Assembly (NCBI GenBank): GCA_040751795.1
Contig: JBFMHR010000002.1
Span: 192,001 to 256,000, forward strand
Length of the DNA stretch: 64,000 bases
Reading direction: 5' to 3'
Source: Thermoplasmatota archaeon
GTDB taxonomy: Archaea > Thermoplasmatota > Thermoplasmata > UBA10834
Each line of letters begins with the position of its first letter. Position 1 is the stretch's first letter. Shown piece by piece: positions 39,576-48,707 of the stretch. Below the pieces are notes generated by a model. That model had not been told where the DNA came from. It saw nothing but the letters and a program-made list of their open reading frames with translations, and did not search any database. The position numbers were made by a program, and so were the translations under genes.

Positions 39576-39770
39576 CAGCGCGGTTCATGGCATGCGCACG
39601 CACTCTCGCCGCCCTGACCCTCCTGGGGGTTTTTGTGGCACGCCACGTTGTCCCCTACACACGCCTCGGTGTCGCACCGGTGGTTCATAGAGGGACCCAC
39701 TTATGGCGCACTGTCGCCTGGTGTCGGAACACTGCATCATCGGGTCCGCAGCATTTTGTTTCCAGGCACG
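39557..39770 (-). ncRNA. Three-hairpin H/ACA pseudouridylation guide sRNA
   Basis: Three stem-loops, each followed by ACA (plus-strand TGT at 39712, 39634, 39560); GA/UGA K-loop or K-turn motifs; upstream AAAGCGATATAT promoter-like element; hairpin 3 pocket complementary to the 23S H69 consensus. Confidence 0.8.
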
Positions 39771-39906
39771 TGTGGTTACGAAGCTCCCTGGATATATCGC
39801 TTTCCCCCCCTGGGGGAGGGCCTCGAGGGCACTGGCGCGGCCCGCCTGGCAGGGGCTGGGGCCCCCTCCAATCATTTTTATAGCCTTAAGTCATCTATAA
39901 AAGACG

Positions 39907-40800
39907 ATGGCAGCGCTGATAGGCTGCTCGGGGTGGTCCTACGACGACTGGGTGGGCCGCTTCTACCCGACCGAGCTGGCGAACAGGAAGGGTGAGTGGT
40001 TCGCGTACTACTCAAGGTACTTCCCCACGGTCGAGATCAACTCCACCTTCTACAGGGTCCCCAACGAGTTCATGGTCCGGTCGTGGATCGAGAAGGGGCG
40101 GCAGAGGATGGGCTTCGAGTTCTCGGTGAAGCTGCCCCAGATCGTCACGCACGACTCGATCCTGAAGGACTCCCCCGACACCGCGGCCGCGCAGGCCAGG
40201 AGCTTCGAGGAGATATGCGTGACCCCCCTCGCGGAGGCGGGGCTGCTCGGCGGTGTGCTCATCCAGATGTCCCCGTACTTCAGGCTCGAGGACCGCGGGA
40301 GCCTCGGCAAGCTCAGGGCCCTCTTCCAGATGCTCGGGACGGACAGGTACGACTACGCGGTCGAGTTCAGGCACAGGTCGTGGCTCAACGAGAAGGGGAA
40401 CGAGCTGGCCTCGGACGCCCTGGAGGTCCTCCAGGAGTTCAAGGTCGCCAACACCATAGTCGACGGGCCGGGCTTCCCCATAACCCGCTCCCTTACCGCG
40501 AGGCACGCCTACGTCAGGTTCCACGGGCGGAACTACGACATCTGGTACAGGGAGGAGGACGAGGACGACTTCCGCCTCAACCGGTACGACTACCTGTACA
40601 CGCACGAGCAGCTCTCGGAGTGGGAGCCCCGCCTGGGCGAGATAGTCTCCAACTGCGAGAAGGCCAGGGTGTACTTCAACAACCATGGCAGGTCCAAGGC
40701 GGTGAAGAACGCCTTCCAGATGATGGACATGCTCGGCATACCCCACGAGGCCAGGGACGTCGTGATACAGGACCAGATGACCCTCGGCGGGTTCGAGTGA
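39907..40800 (+). CDS. DUF72 (YecE-like) protein
   Basis: IGCSGWSY, VEINSTFY, FSVK, VEFRHRSW, YVRFHGRN, YDYLY, YFNNH. Confidence 0.92.
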   Translation: MAALIGCSGWSYDDWVGRFYPTELANRKGEWFAYYSRYFPTVEINSTFYRVPNEFMVRSWIEKGRQRMGFEFSVKLPQIVTHDSILKDSPDTAAAQARSFEEICVTPLAEAGLLGGVLIQMSPYFRLEDRGSLGKLRALFQMLGTDRYDYAVEFRHRSWLNEKGNELASDALEVLQEFKVANTIVDGPGFPITRSLTARHAYVRFHGRNYDIWYREEDEDDFRLNRYDYLYTHEQLSEWEPRLGEIVSNCEKARVYFNNHGRSKAVKNAFQMMDMLGIPHEARDVVIQDQMTLGGFE

Positions 40801-40803
40801 CCG

Positions 40804-43224
40804 CTACACCAGCGCGGCCGTGCTCGTCCCGTCGTCCGCCTGCTGGACCCTCACCACGTTCTCCATGAGGTCCTTGATGTCGTCTATGTGGGTTATGAGG
40901 AATATCTGCCTGAACTGGGCCGAGAGCCCGTTGAGGGCGGTCATGACGCTCCTCTTCCTCTGCGGGTCCAGGGACCCGAATATCTCGTCCAGTATGAGGA
41001 AGTTGATGGGGTTGGCCCCGGTCCTCTCCGCGATTATCCTGGATATGGCGAGCCTGAGCGCCAGGTTCGCGAGGTCCGACTCCCCGCCGGAGAACCGCTT
41101 CAGAGGGTGCAGGGCGCCCTCGTCGTCGACCTGGATGTCGTAGCTGTCGCCCAGCTCGACGCGGGCGTACCTCCCGCCCGTCGTGGCGGCGAACAGGTGC
41201 GAGGTGAGCTCCGCCAGCGTGGGGGCGACCTTCCCGATGAGGTGGTCCTTGAACGAGAGCATGACCTCCTCGAGGACCGCGAGGTCCTCCTTCCTCCTCC
41301 TCTCGGCCTCGATGCTCTTCCTGACCCTCCCGATCTCCTCGAGGTCATCCTCCGCGGACTTCAGGGCGCCCTTGGCCGCCTCGTGCTTGGTGGCCCTCGA
41401 GTGGGCCTCGTCCTTGGCCCTCTTCATGATGTCCGTTTTATCGTCAACTTCCTTTGACACCTTCTCGTATTGCGCCTTCTTAGGTTCAAGCGTCGCCATC
41501 ATCCCGAGGAGTGACTCTATCTCCACCGCGAGCCTCGCCCTGCGCCCCGTCATCTCGCCGCGCTCGGCCTCCTTGAGGGCCAGGTTCTTCTCGGTCTCCT
41601 TGAGCCTGACGAAGTCGTCGCGGAGGGGCTTGAGGCGGGCCCTCTCGCGCACGGCCGAGTCGTAGGCCTCCTTCGAGAACTCGACCGCGCCGAGGGACGA
41701 GCGCTCCGCCGACTTCTTCGCGATCCTCGCGTCGAGCTGCGCCAGCTGGGCCTTGAGGGAGTGGGCGGCCGCCTCGGCCTTCCTCCGCCGGTCCGACTCC
41801 TGCTCTATCCTGGCAACCTTCTTCTTCAGGGCCTCGTCCTTCCTCCGGAGGGCCTCGAGCTCCCCCTGCAGCGCGGTCATCGCGGCCGCCGCCTCAGACG
41901 CCGCGGCGGCCGCCTCCTCTATGTCCTCCTGCAGCTTCGATGCGAGCAGGTCGTAGGCCTCGTCCAGCCTCCTCTCGCACGTCGGGCAGACGCCGTCCTT
42001 GCCTAGCCTCCGGATCTCGTCGAGCTTGGCGCGGTCCTTCGCCGCCGCCTTCTCCCTGTCCGCCCTCCTCGTCCGCTGCTCCCCCTGCCTGTCGGAGATG
42101 CTGGCCCTCTCCTTCTCCGCCTCCTCCCTGGAGCGTTCCACCGAGGCCTTCTGCGCCTCGATGTCCTCCGCCCCGGCGGCCGCCTTCTCCGCCTCCTCGA
42201 GCTCCCTCCTGCGGGCCTCAGAGGACTCCCTGTCGGCCCTGATGTCCTCGTCCAGGTGCTTCGCCTTCTCGTCCTTCAGCCTCTCCTTCTCGAGCTTGGC
42301 GACCGCCGCGTCGGCCTCAGTCCAGGCCCTGTCGGAGGACTCGAGCTCGGGGAGGCGGGCGAGCTTGGCCCGGGCCTCGGCCGCCTGCCTGTCGAGCCGC
42401 TCGATCGTCTTCTCGAGCTCCGCCACCGTCGACCTCTTCCCCTGGAGCTCGGCGGCCGTCGTGCCGTAGGCGTCCGCGTCCTTCTTCAGGGCGTTCCTCT
42501 GCGAGAGGGCCTCCTGGTACGCCCTCTCGGCCGCCGCCTCGGCCTCCTTCGCGGCCTTCAGGAGCGCCTCCGCCTCGCCGAACGCCGAGCGGAGCTCGGG
42601 CAGCCGGGCGGCTATGAGCGCCTCGCGGTCCCTGCCCTGGTCGTCCAGGAGGGTGCCCTCGGCGCCCTTGATGTTCTGCTCGACGTCCCTCCTGTCCTCC
42701 CTCACCCTCTTGATGACGTCGTCGATGCCGTCGATGCTCAGCATCCTGAGGACGGCCTTCTTCCTCTCGGCGTCGGTGGCGCTCTGGAGCGCGCTCAGCT
42801 CCTTCTGCCTGGCGAAGACCGACGTGAAGAACGACTTGTGGTCCATCCCAATGAGCCTCTCCACGGCCCTCTTGACCTCCCTGTCGCCGTCGGCCAGGAC
42901 CGTCTCCCCGGCCCTGAGGGACGCCTTCATGAGCAGGCTCTTCCCGCCCATCTCCCGCTCGACCCTGTAGTCGGAGCCCCCGAGCTCGAACTCGAGGACC
43001 GCCTTGGTGGTCTCGGAGGCGCTGGCCCCGGCCCTCTTGATGCTCTCCCTCGAGGTCCTCACGGCCTCCTCCGTGTTGCCGAACAGGGCCCAGGCGACGC
43101 CCTCCACGAGGGTGGTCTTCCCGGAGCCGTTGAGGCCGATGATCCCGACGATGCCGTCGGGGAACTGGATCTTCACGTCCCTGAACCGGCGGTAGTTCCT
43201 GAGCTCGAGGTAGGAGAGCCTCAT
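40804..43224 (-). CDS. rad50: Rad50/SbcC SMC-family ATPase
   Basis: Walker A GLNGSGKTT, Q-loop ARQ, coiled coil with zinc hook CPTC, signature FSGGE, Walker B/D-loop LILDEIFGSLD, ITH. Confidence 0.92.
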   Translation of the reverse strand: MRLSYLELRNYRRFRDVKIQFPDGIVGIIGLNGSGKTTLVEGVAWALFGNTEEAVRTSRESIKRAGASASETTKAVLEFELGGSDYRVEREMGGKSLLMKASLRAGETVLADGDREVKRAVERLIGMDHKSFFTSVFARQKELSALQSATDAERKKAVLRMLSIDGIDDVIKRVREDRRDVEQNIKGAEGTLLDDQGRDREALIAARLPELRSAFGEAEALLKAAKEAEAAAERAYQEALSQRNALKKDADAYGTTAAELQGKRSTVAELEKTIERLDRQAAEARAKLARLPELESSDRAWTEADAAVAKLEKERLKDEKAKHLDEDIRADRESSEARRRELEEAEKAAAGAEDIEAQKASVERSREEAEKERASISDRQGEQRTRRADREKAAAKDRAKLDEIRRLGKDGVCPTCERRLDEAYDLLASKLQEDIEEAAAAASEAAAAMTALQGELEALRRKDEALKKKVARIEQESDRRRKAEAAAHSLKAQLAQLDARIAKKSAERSSLGAVEFSKEAYDSAVRERARLKPLRDDFVRLKETEKNLALKEAERGEMTGRRARLAVEIESLLGMMATLEPKKAQYEKVSKEVDDKTDIMKRAKDEAHSRATKHEAAKGALKSAEDDLEEIGRVRKSIEAERRRKEDLAVLEEVMLSFKDHLIGKVAPTLAELTSHLFAATTGGRYARVELGDSYDIQVDDEGALHPLKRFSGGESDLANLALRLAISRIIAERTGANPINFLILDEIFGSLDPQRKRSVMTALNGLSAQFRQIFLITHIDDIKDLMENVVRVQQADDGTSTAALV

Positions 43225-44333
43225 TCCTCCGCCTCCGAGAAGTACGGGAGCCCCGCCGAGACCAGCCTGTCCTTCTTCTCCTGGGGGTAGTCCCTGGACG
43301 CGACGTAGAGCCTGTACTCGTGCTCGAGGGAGCCGATGTGCGTGTCCCCTGCGGGCGCGCGCCCCTCCTCCTCGAGCCTGGTGATCACGGGCTCGAAGTG
43401 CATGGCGCTGGCCGCCATCTTCCTTATGGCCGGGAGCTCGAGGGAGCGGTACGAGTCCGCGGGGACGTCCTTGATCGCCATCCTGACGATCTGGTCGTCG
43501 ATGTCGGCCGAGCTGATCCTGGCCCTCGCCTCCGCGAGGATCTCGGAGGCGGTCATCTTGGACGCCATCACCGGCTCGAGGTCCACCATCCCCCTTATCC
43601 TCAGCTCGTGGAACCTGTGGCCGCCGGTGTCCAGGTCGACCTCGACGACGCCCTTCGCCTGGTGGATCTCCCCGAACCCGAGCCTCTCGGTGGAGCCGGA
43701 GTACCACATGCCCTTCCGGACCTCCTCGTGCTTGTGGAAGTGGCCCAGGGCGACGTAGTCGAATCCGTCGGAGACCGCGGAGCCGGGGACGTTCTGCTCG
43801 TTGAACTCGTCCATCCTGAACGTCTTCGAGCCGAGTATGCCGGCGTGCAGGACGAGGATGTTCCTCCCCGTGGCCTTGGACGGGGCTGCGTCGGCGACGA
43901 CCTCCTGCAGCGGGGGCGTCACGGAGTGCGGCACCGCGTGGACGGTCAGGTCGCCCACGACCACCTTGGACACCCCTGGCTCGTGCACGGGGTGTATGTG
44001 GGGGAGGTGCTCGAATATCCTGAAGATCGTGCCCGTCTCCCTGGTCTTCGGCGTGGAGTGGTTGCCTGATATGAGGACGGTCTCTATCCCCGCCTCCGAC
44101 AGCCTCCGCATCTGCCCGAGGGCGAACGTGATGGCCCTGTTCTGTGGCCTGACGGTGTCGAAGAGGTCGCCCGCGTGGACGAGGACGTCGGGCCTCAGGT
44201 TGACGGCGATGTCGACGGCCTGCCTGAACGCGTCGTAGAAGTCAGACTCCCGCTGGTTGATCCCCTCGACGGGGTCGAGCCTGGAGAACGCGCCGTACCC
44301 GAGGTGCGTGTCGGAGACGTGCAGCACCTTCAC
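43221..44333 (-). CDS. mre11: Mre11/SbcD metallophosphoesterase nuclease
   Basis: SDTHLG, AGDLFD, SGNHS, LGHFH, YSGS; overlaps the rad50 start by 4 nt. Confidence 0.9.
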   Translation of the reverse strand: MKVLHVSDTHLGYGAFSRLDPVEGINQRESDFYDAFRQAVDIAVNLRPDVLVHAGDLFDTVRPQNRAITFALGQMRRLSEAGIETVLISGNHSTPKTRETGTIFRIFEHLPHIHPVHEPGVSKVVVGDLTVHAVPHSVTPPLQEVVADAAPSKATGRNILVLHAGILGSKTFRMDEFNEQNVPGSAVSDGFDYVALGHFHKHEEVRKGMWYSGSTERLGFGEIHQAKGVVEVDLDTGGHRFHELRIRGMVDLEPVMASKMTASEILAEARARISSADIDDQIVRMAIKDVPADSYRSLELPAIRKMAASAMHFEPVITRLEEEGRAPAGDTHIGSLEHEYRLYVASRDYPQEKKDRLVSAGLPYFSEAEE

Positions 44334-46156
44334 GCGCGCTCACGCTCCATCGCCGAGATGATCTCGCTGATCTCCGCCAGCTCCTTGGAGGAATCGACGT
44401 CCTCCGCGAGCTCCTTGCGCTCGAACACCTCGCACATCTTGGTGTTCACTGTCTGGACGGAGTTCCAGAGGGCTATCACGACGAGGGAGACTGCGACGAT
44501 CGCGACGGCGATGTAGGCCAGGTTCTCCTCCAGGACGGAGTGGAGCATCGGCGAGACGATGATGAACCCTACGGCGATGTACAGGCCGAGTATGGCCCAC
44601 TTGAGCGCCTTGGACGTCGCGTGGTACCCGACTGTCTCGGCCGACTTGGTTGTGAGCATCGCCTCGCTGGTGGACACCTCGACGAACCTTATGGTCCTGG
44701 ACCACACGTTGTACATCGCCGGGACTATCAGCACCAGGCCGACCGTGACGACGATGAGTATGAGGAGGTCGGTGCTCCCTCCGACCAGGTAGGCGTACTC
44801 ATCGGCCCTGGGGAATATGCTTCCGAGGCCGACTATCACCGATATCACGACGACCAGGTTCACGAACAGGCTGGATATGTTGTTCCTCATCTCGTTTGAT
44901 ATGCGGTGAGACGACCCCGAGCGGTTCCGCAGGTTCCTGACCACAAGGTTCAGGTACGACGCCATGAAGAGCACCGGCCTGGGGACGCTGGAGCCCAGCG
45001 AGTCGACGATGGCGCCTGTGGACTTGATGCTGTAGGAGACGACCAGCGCCGAGATGGTGGTGACGACCACGATCATCGGGTAGATCTCCGGGCGGATGTT
45101 CTCGTTGCCCGCGGCCACGGAGGCTATCATGAGGGAGAACTCGCCGATTGCGATCATCCCCAGGCCCGCCCCTATCGCATTCCTCGCGCCGAAGCCGGCG
45201 GCGAACGTCGAGAGGGTGCAGGAGAAGACCTTCGCCAGCACGAAGACCGCGAAGATTATGATGGCCGGGATGACGAAGTCGGAGAAGTCCGCGAACAGAC
45301 TCAGGTCCACCAGCATCCCGATCGCGATGAAGAATATCGCCCCGAAGACGTCCCTCACCGGCTCGACCTTCCTGACGACGTCTGAGATGAACTTCGACTC
45401 CGACACCAGGACGCCCATCACGAACGCGCCTATCGCCTCCGAGAACCCGATGATGATGGCGAAGGCCGACATGGCGAAGCACAGGCCCAGCACGGTCACG
45501 ATGAGCAGCTCGCCGGAGCGCTGCCTGCCCACGTAGTCCACGAGCCTGGGCACGACCATGAGCCCGAACACCAGGGAGGCGGCGACGAACAGCCCCATCT
45601 TGACCAGCAGCCCGCCGATCTGCTCCGGGTTGACGCCTCCGGAGGACACGAGGCCGGAGACGGCGGCGAGGATGAGGACGGCGGCGAAGTCCTCCACTAT
45701 CAGGAGGCCGACGATGAGCCTCGCCCGGTCGTTGTCCAGGCCGCCGTACTCGCGAAGCGCCCTGACGATGATCATGGTCGAGCCGACCGAGAGGATCGCG
45801 CCGAGCAGCGTCGCCTCCAGGACCGTCCACCCCAGCGCGAGGCCGAGCTGGAACCCGAAGCCGATCATGAGTATGATCTCGACCGTGGCCGCGGCGATGA
45901 CCGTCGCCCCTATCGCCCTGAGCTTCTTGAGGTTGAACTCCAGGCCTATGGAGAACGTGAGCAGGATGATGCCCAGCCTCGCGAGCAGCTCCACGTAGTC
46001 CCGGACGTCCACCACGACGGGGCCGACGAGGATGCCCGCGACAAGGTAGCCGAGGATGAGCGGCTGCCTCAGCCGGTGGAAGAGGATGATGATGATGGCC
46101 GCCACGGCTATGACCAGGGCCATGCTCATCACGAAGTCGGTCTGCAGGTCCGCCAT
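44330..46156 (-). CDS. Cation:proton antiporter (CPA2/KefB-like)
   Basis: LGYLVAGILVGP, FSIGLE, LIVED, GAFVMG, IGEFS; many TM helices. Confidence 0.9.
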   Translation of the reverse strand: MADLQTDFVMSMALVIAVAAIIIILFHRLRQPLILGYLVAGILVGPVVVDVRDYVELLARLGIILLTFSIGLEFNLKKLRAIGATVIAAATVEIILMIGFGFQLGLALGWTVLEATLLGAILSVGSTMIIVRALREYGGLDNDRARLIVGLLIVEDFAAVLILAAVSGLVSSGGVNPEQIGGLLVKMGLFVAASLVFGLMVVPRLVDYVGRQRSGELLIVTVLGLCFAMSAFAIIIGFSEAIGAFVMGVLVSESKFISDVVRKVEPVRDVFGAIFFIAIGMLVDLSLFADFSDFVIPAIIIFAVFVLAKVFSCTLSTFAAGFGARNAIGAGLGMIAIGEFSLMIASVAAGNENIRPEIYPMIVVVTTISALVVSYSIKSTGAIVDSLGSSVPRPVLFMASYLNLVVRNLRNRSGSSHRISNEMRNNISSLFVNLVVVISVIVGLGSIFPRADEYAYLVGGSTDLLILIVVTVGLVLIVPAMYNVWSRTIRFVEVSTSEAMLTTKSAETVGYHATSKALKWAILGLYIAVGFIIVSPMLHSVLEENLAYIAVAIVAVSLVVIALWNSVQTVNTKMCEVFERKELAEDVDSSKELAEISEIISAMERERA

Positions 46157-46355
46157 GTTCCAATCACCGGCCGCAAGGACCGTCCGCCGGCCCGATGCGG
46201 CAGTCCCCTGACCGCATCAGCGACCGAGCCCTCGGGGCATAGTCTGACTGCTACTGGATGGCTGATGCAGATTCCATTACTTAAAGGCTGACGGATGGCG
46301 CCCGGAGCGCTGCCCCGCTGAAAGGTTAAATTCGGGTACCGTGATTGTCGCGGCG

Positions 46356-47273
46356 ATGCCCGAGGTCGTGAGGTTCTCCCCTCCGGACGATGGCCAGCTC
46401 GTCCGCGCCAAGGTGTTCGGGCTGGGGAGCGCGGGGTGCAACATGATCGGCGGCATCCCGTTCCCCAAGGTCGCGGTGTCGACCTCCAGCACCGACCTGG
46501 AGAGGACCGCCAGCGAGCGGAGGGTCCTGATAGGGCAGGACCGCCTGGTCGGCATCTACTCCTCCGACAAGGAGGTGGTGAAGCACCTCCCCTCCGTCGC
46601 GGGGCACGAGGTGGTGGATGTCTTCAACAACACGGACGTCGCCTTCCTGATGTGCGGCCTTGGCGGGGTGAGCGGCTCCCTGGGGGCGATGGTCCTCTCG
46701 GAGGTCGCCCAGGCGAGGAACGCCCTCGACATAGTGCTAGCCGCCACGCCGTTCTCCGCCGAGAGCGCCCGCAGGAGGGACTTCGCCGCGAGGATCCTGG
46801 GCGAGCTGAGGGGCACCTCGACCCTCTGCGTGGACTTCGGCAACGACCAGCTCTCCACCCTCGCCCCCCACATGCCCATGTCCCGCGCGTTCCAGCTCAT
46901 GAACGGCATAATGTCCCGCCCAGTCATCGACCTGTGCGCCGCCGTTCCGAAGGAGGGGCTCCCGCGGCTCAGGAGGGCGATAGGGGACGCGAGCGCCGGC
47001 AGCTTCGGTCTCGGCATGGGCCGCGGGGACGACCGCGTCGAGAGGTGCGTGTCCGAGGCCCTCAGCTCCCCATGGTTCGACTACGACACGTCGCAGGTGC
47101 GCTGCGCCGTCGCAGTGTACTCGTCGCCGGACCCCTGGGACAAGGAGATGGACGCGGTCCTCGCCATGATCGCCGCCAGGGTGCCGTCGGCGTCCATCGT
47201 CTTCGGCTCGTACGCGGACCCCACCCTGGGAGACCGAATCAGGCTGAGCGTGGTCCTCTGCCGCAAGGCCTGA
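46356..47273 (+). CDS. Divergent FtsZ/tubulin-superfamily protein
   Basis: KVFGLGSAGCN, CGLGGVSGSLG (vs GGGTGTG), TPFSAE, NDQL, ALSSPWFD; T7 loop NxDFAD absent. Confidence 0.8.
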   Translation: MPEVVRFSPPDDGQLVRAKVFGLGSAGCNMIGGIPFPKVAVSTSSTDLERTASERRVLIGQDRLVGIYSSDKEVVKHLPSVAGHEVVDVFNNTDVAFLMCGLGGVSGSLGAMVLSEVAQARNALDIVLAATPFSAESARRRDFAARILGELRGTSTLCVDFGNDQLSTLAPHMPMSRAFQLMNGIMSRPVIDLCAAVPKEGLPRLRRAIGDASAGSFGLGMGRGDDRVERCVSEALSSPWFDYDTSQVRCAVAVYSSPDPWDKEMDAVLAMIAARVPSASIVFGSYADPTLGDRIRLSVVLCRKA

Positions 47274-47312
47274 GGCCGGCCATGAGATGAAATGGGAAGA
47301 GGTTTCTCGTGG

Positions 47313-47816
47313 TCACTCCAGTATGGGGAAGCGCTTGACCAGCGGCTGTTCCGACCACCACTTTCCCAGCCCGAACCATTTTCCCGGCAGGACGGCCGCG
47401 ATGCCAAGGAGGATGATCAGGTAGACTATGTGGTCGTCTATCACCGGGTTGTTCTCGGGCGGCAGCCTGGATGTCCACATCAGCAGCATCAGGAGCGCCC
47501 CTCCGTATCCGGCCAGCTTGTTCGCCACGCCGAGTATCAGGGCGACCCCCAGAAGCAGCAGCGCCGCCATGAAGACCGCGTCGACCGCTGCGTTCCCCGC
47601 GAGCCCTTCGTAGAACCCGCTGAGCGGGCCGCTCGTGGCATAGGACAGGAACCCCGTGGTCGGGGACCCGCCGTTGATCCACGCGCTCTCGGCCTCGGTC
47701 GCATACCCCAGCCCGAAGGCCTTGTCCAGGAACGCCCAGAGGAAGGTCCACCCCAGCGCCAACCGGACGCCAACCCATGCATACTGCTCCTTCGTGAGTC
47801 TCTCCGTGTTCGTCAC
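47313..47816 (-). CDS. DoxX/DoxD-family membrane protein
   Basis: RLALGWTFLWAFLDK, WINGGSPTTGFL, NNPVIDDH. Start is GTG 47816 or ACG 47807. Confidence 0.85.
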   Translation of the reverse strand: MTNTERLTKEQYAWVGVRLALGWTFLWAFLDKAFGLGYATEAESAWINGGSPTTGFLSYATSGPLSGFYEGLAGNAAVDAVFMAALLLLGVALILGVANKLAGYGGALLMLLMWTSRLPPENNPVIDDHIVYLIILLGIAAVLPGKWFGLGKWWSEQPLVKRFPILE

Positions 47817-47850
47817 CTCCCGTATATAACGGTGTTAATAGTGAAGTCCA

Positions 47851-48022
47851 GGAAGGATATGAACATGGCTCCGAACCCATGCGCCGGGGGTGTCCGCGGT
47901 CACGGAACGGCCCAGGAACGTTTCAACAATGCACCAAAATAGCCTTTTAGCAGCATGTGCAATTGGGGTTCTGCGGGGATCCGGGCGGCGAAAGCCGCCG
48001 AGGGTCACTTCATATCCTTCTT
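47851..48022 (+). ncRNA. Candidate structured non-coding RNA of unknown class
   Basis: 12-bp terminal helix (47852-47863 with 48009-48020), nested helices with G-U pairs on this strand, GGCGGC-GAAA-GCCGCC hairpin, TATATAA about 22 nt upstream. Confidence 0.55.
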
Positions 48023-48045
48023 TCCACACTGAATGAGCGGCCTAC

Positions 48046-48549
48046 TCAGCCCACGGAGAACCGGTCCCTGCTCGTGACCTCATCGATCGGCCTCGCCTTC
48101 CGCTCGCCCTTCGGCTTGTCGGATGCGTGGCCGAGGGCGAGCATCGCGACGACCGAGAAGTGCTCCGGCACGTCCAGCGCCTTCTTCACCGTGGCCTCGT
48201 CGAAGCTGCCGATCCAGCACGTCCCCAGCCCCTCAGCGGTGGCCTGGGTGACCATGTTCTGGAGGGCGATGGTCACGTCGACCGCGCACCACTCGGGCGA
48301 TTTCTTCTTGTCACCGCACCCGACTATGACCACGGGGCACTCCTTGAGGAATCCCGCCCACCTCCCCCCGGAGAGGGCCTTCCTCCTCTCTGGGTCATGT
48401 ACGACCACGAAGTGCCACGGCTGGCGGTTGTTTGCCGACGGCGCTATCCTCCCCGCCTCCAGGACCCTCGTCAGGGCTTCCTCCGGCACCGGCCTGCCCG
48501 AGTAGCTCCTCACGGACCTCCTGCTCTTGATCGCATCCAAGACTTCCAT
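48046..48549 (-). CDS. Nitroreductase family protein
   Basis: RRSVRSY, APSANNRQPW, GLGTCWIG. Confidence 0.92.
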   Translation of the reverse strand: MEVLDAIKSRRSVRSYSGRPVPEEALTRVLEAGRIAPSANNRQPWHFVVVHDPERRKALSGGRWAGFLKECPVVIVGCGDKKKSPEWCAVDVTIALQNMVTQATAEGLGTCWIGSFDEATVKKALDVPEHFSVVAMLALGHASDKPKGERKARPIDEVTSRDRFSVG

Positions 48550-48707
48550 CGGGACCACTGGGACGGGCATCGAGTGCGGCGTCATGAACCTTGCGCCAGC
48601 GGGTTCGGGGGGAGGAGGGCAAGGGTTATGCCGCCGCATGCGGTTCTGGGTGCGTCGGCGCCCAGGCCTCTCGGAAGGAGTGGCCGCGGCGCGGGTCAGG
48701 GGGAGAG

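Noticed and set aside
39557-39900. RNase P RNA, SRP RNA or a Cys-rich small ORF in this gap
   Set aside because: No GAGGAAAGUCC or SRP helix-8 motif; the short ORFs have no recognisable motif; the H/ACA model explains the sequence better.
48028-48040. CTGAATGAG resembling a hammerhead ribozyme core next to the structured RNA
   Set aside because: It does not match CUGANGA, and I could not build the required three-stem junction.
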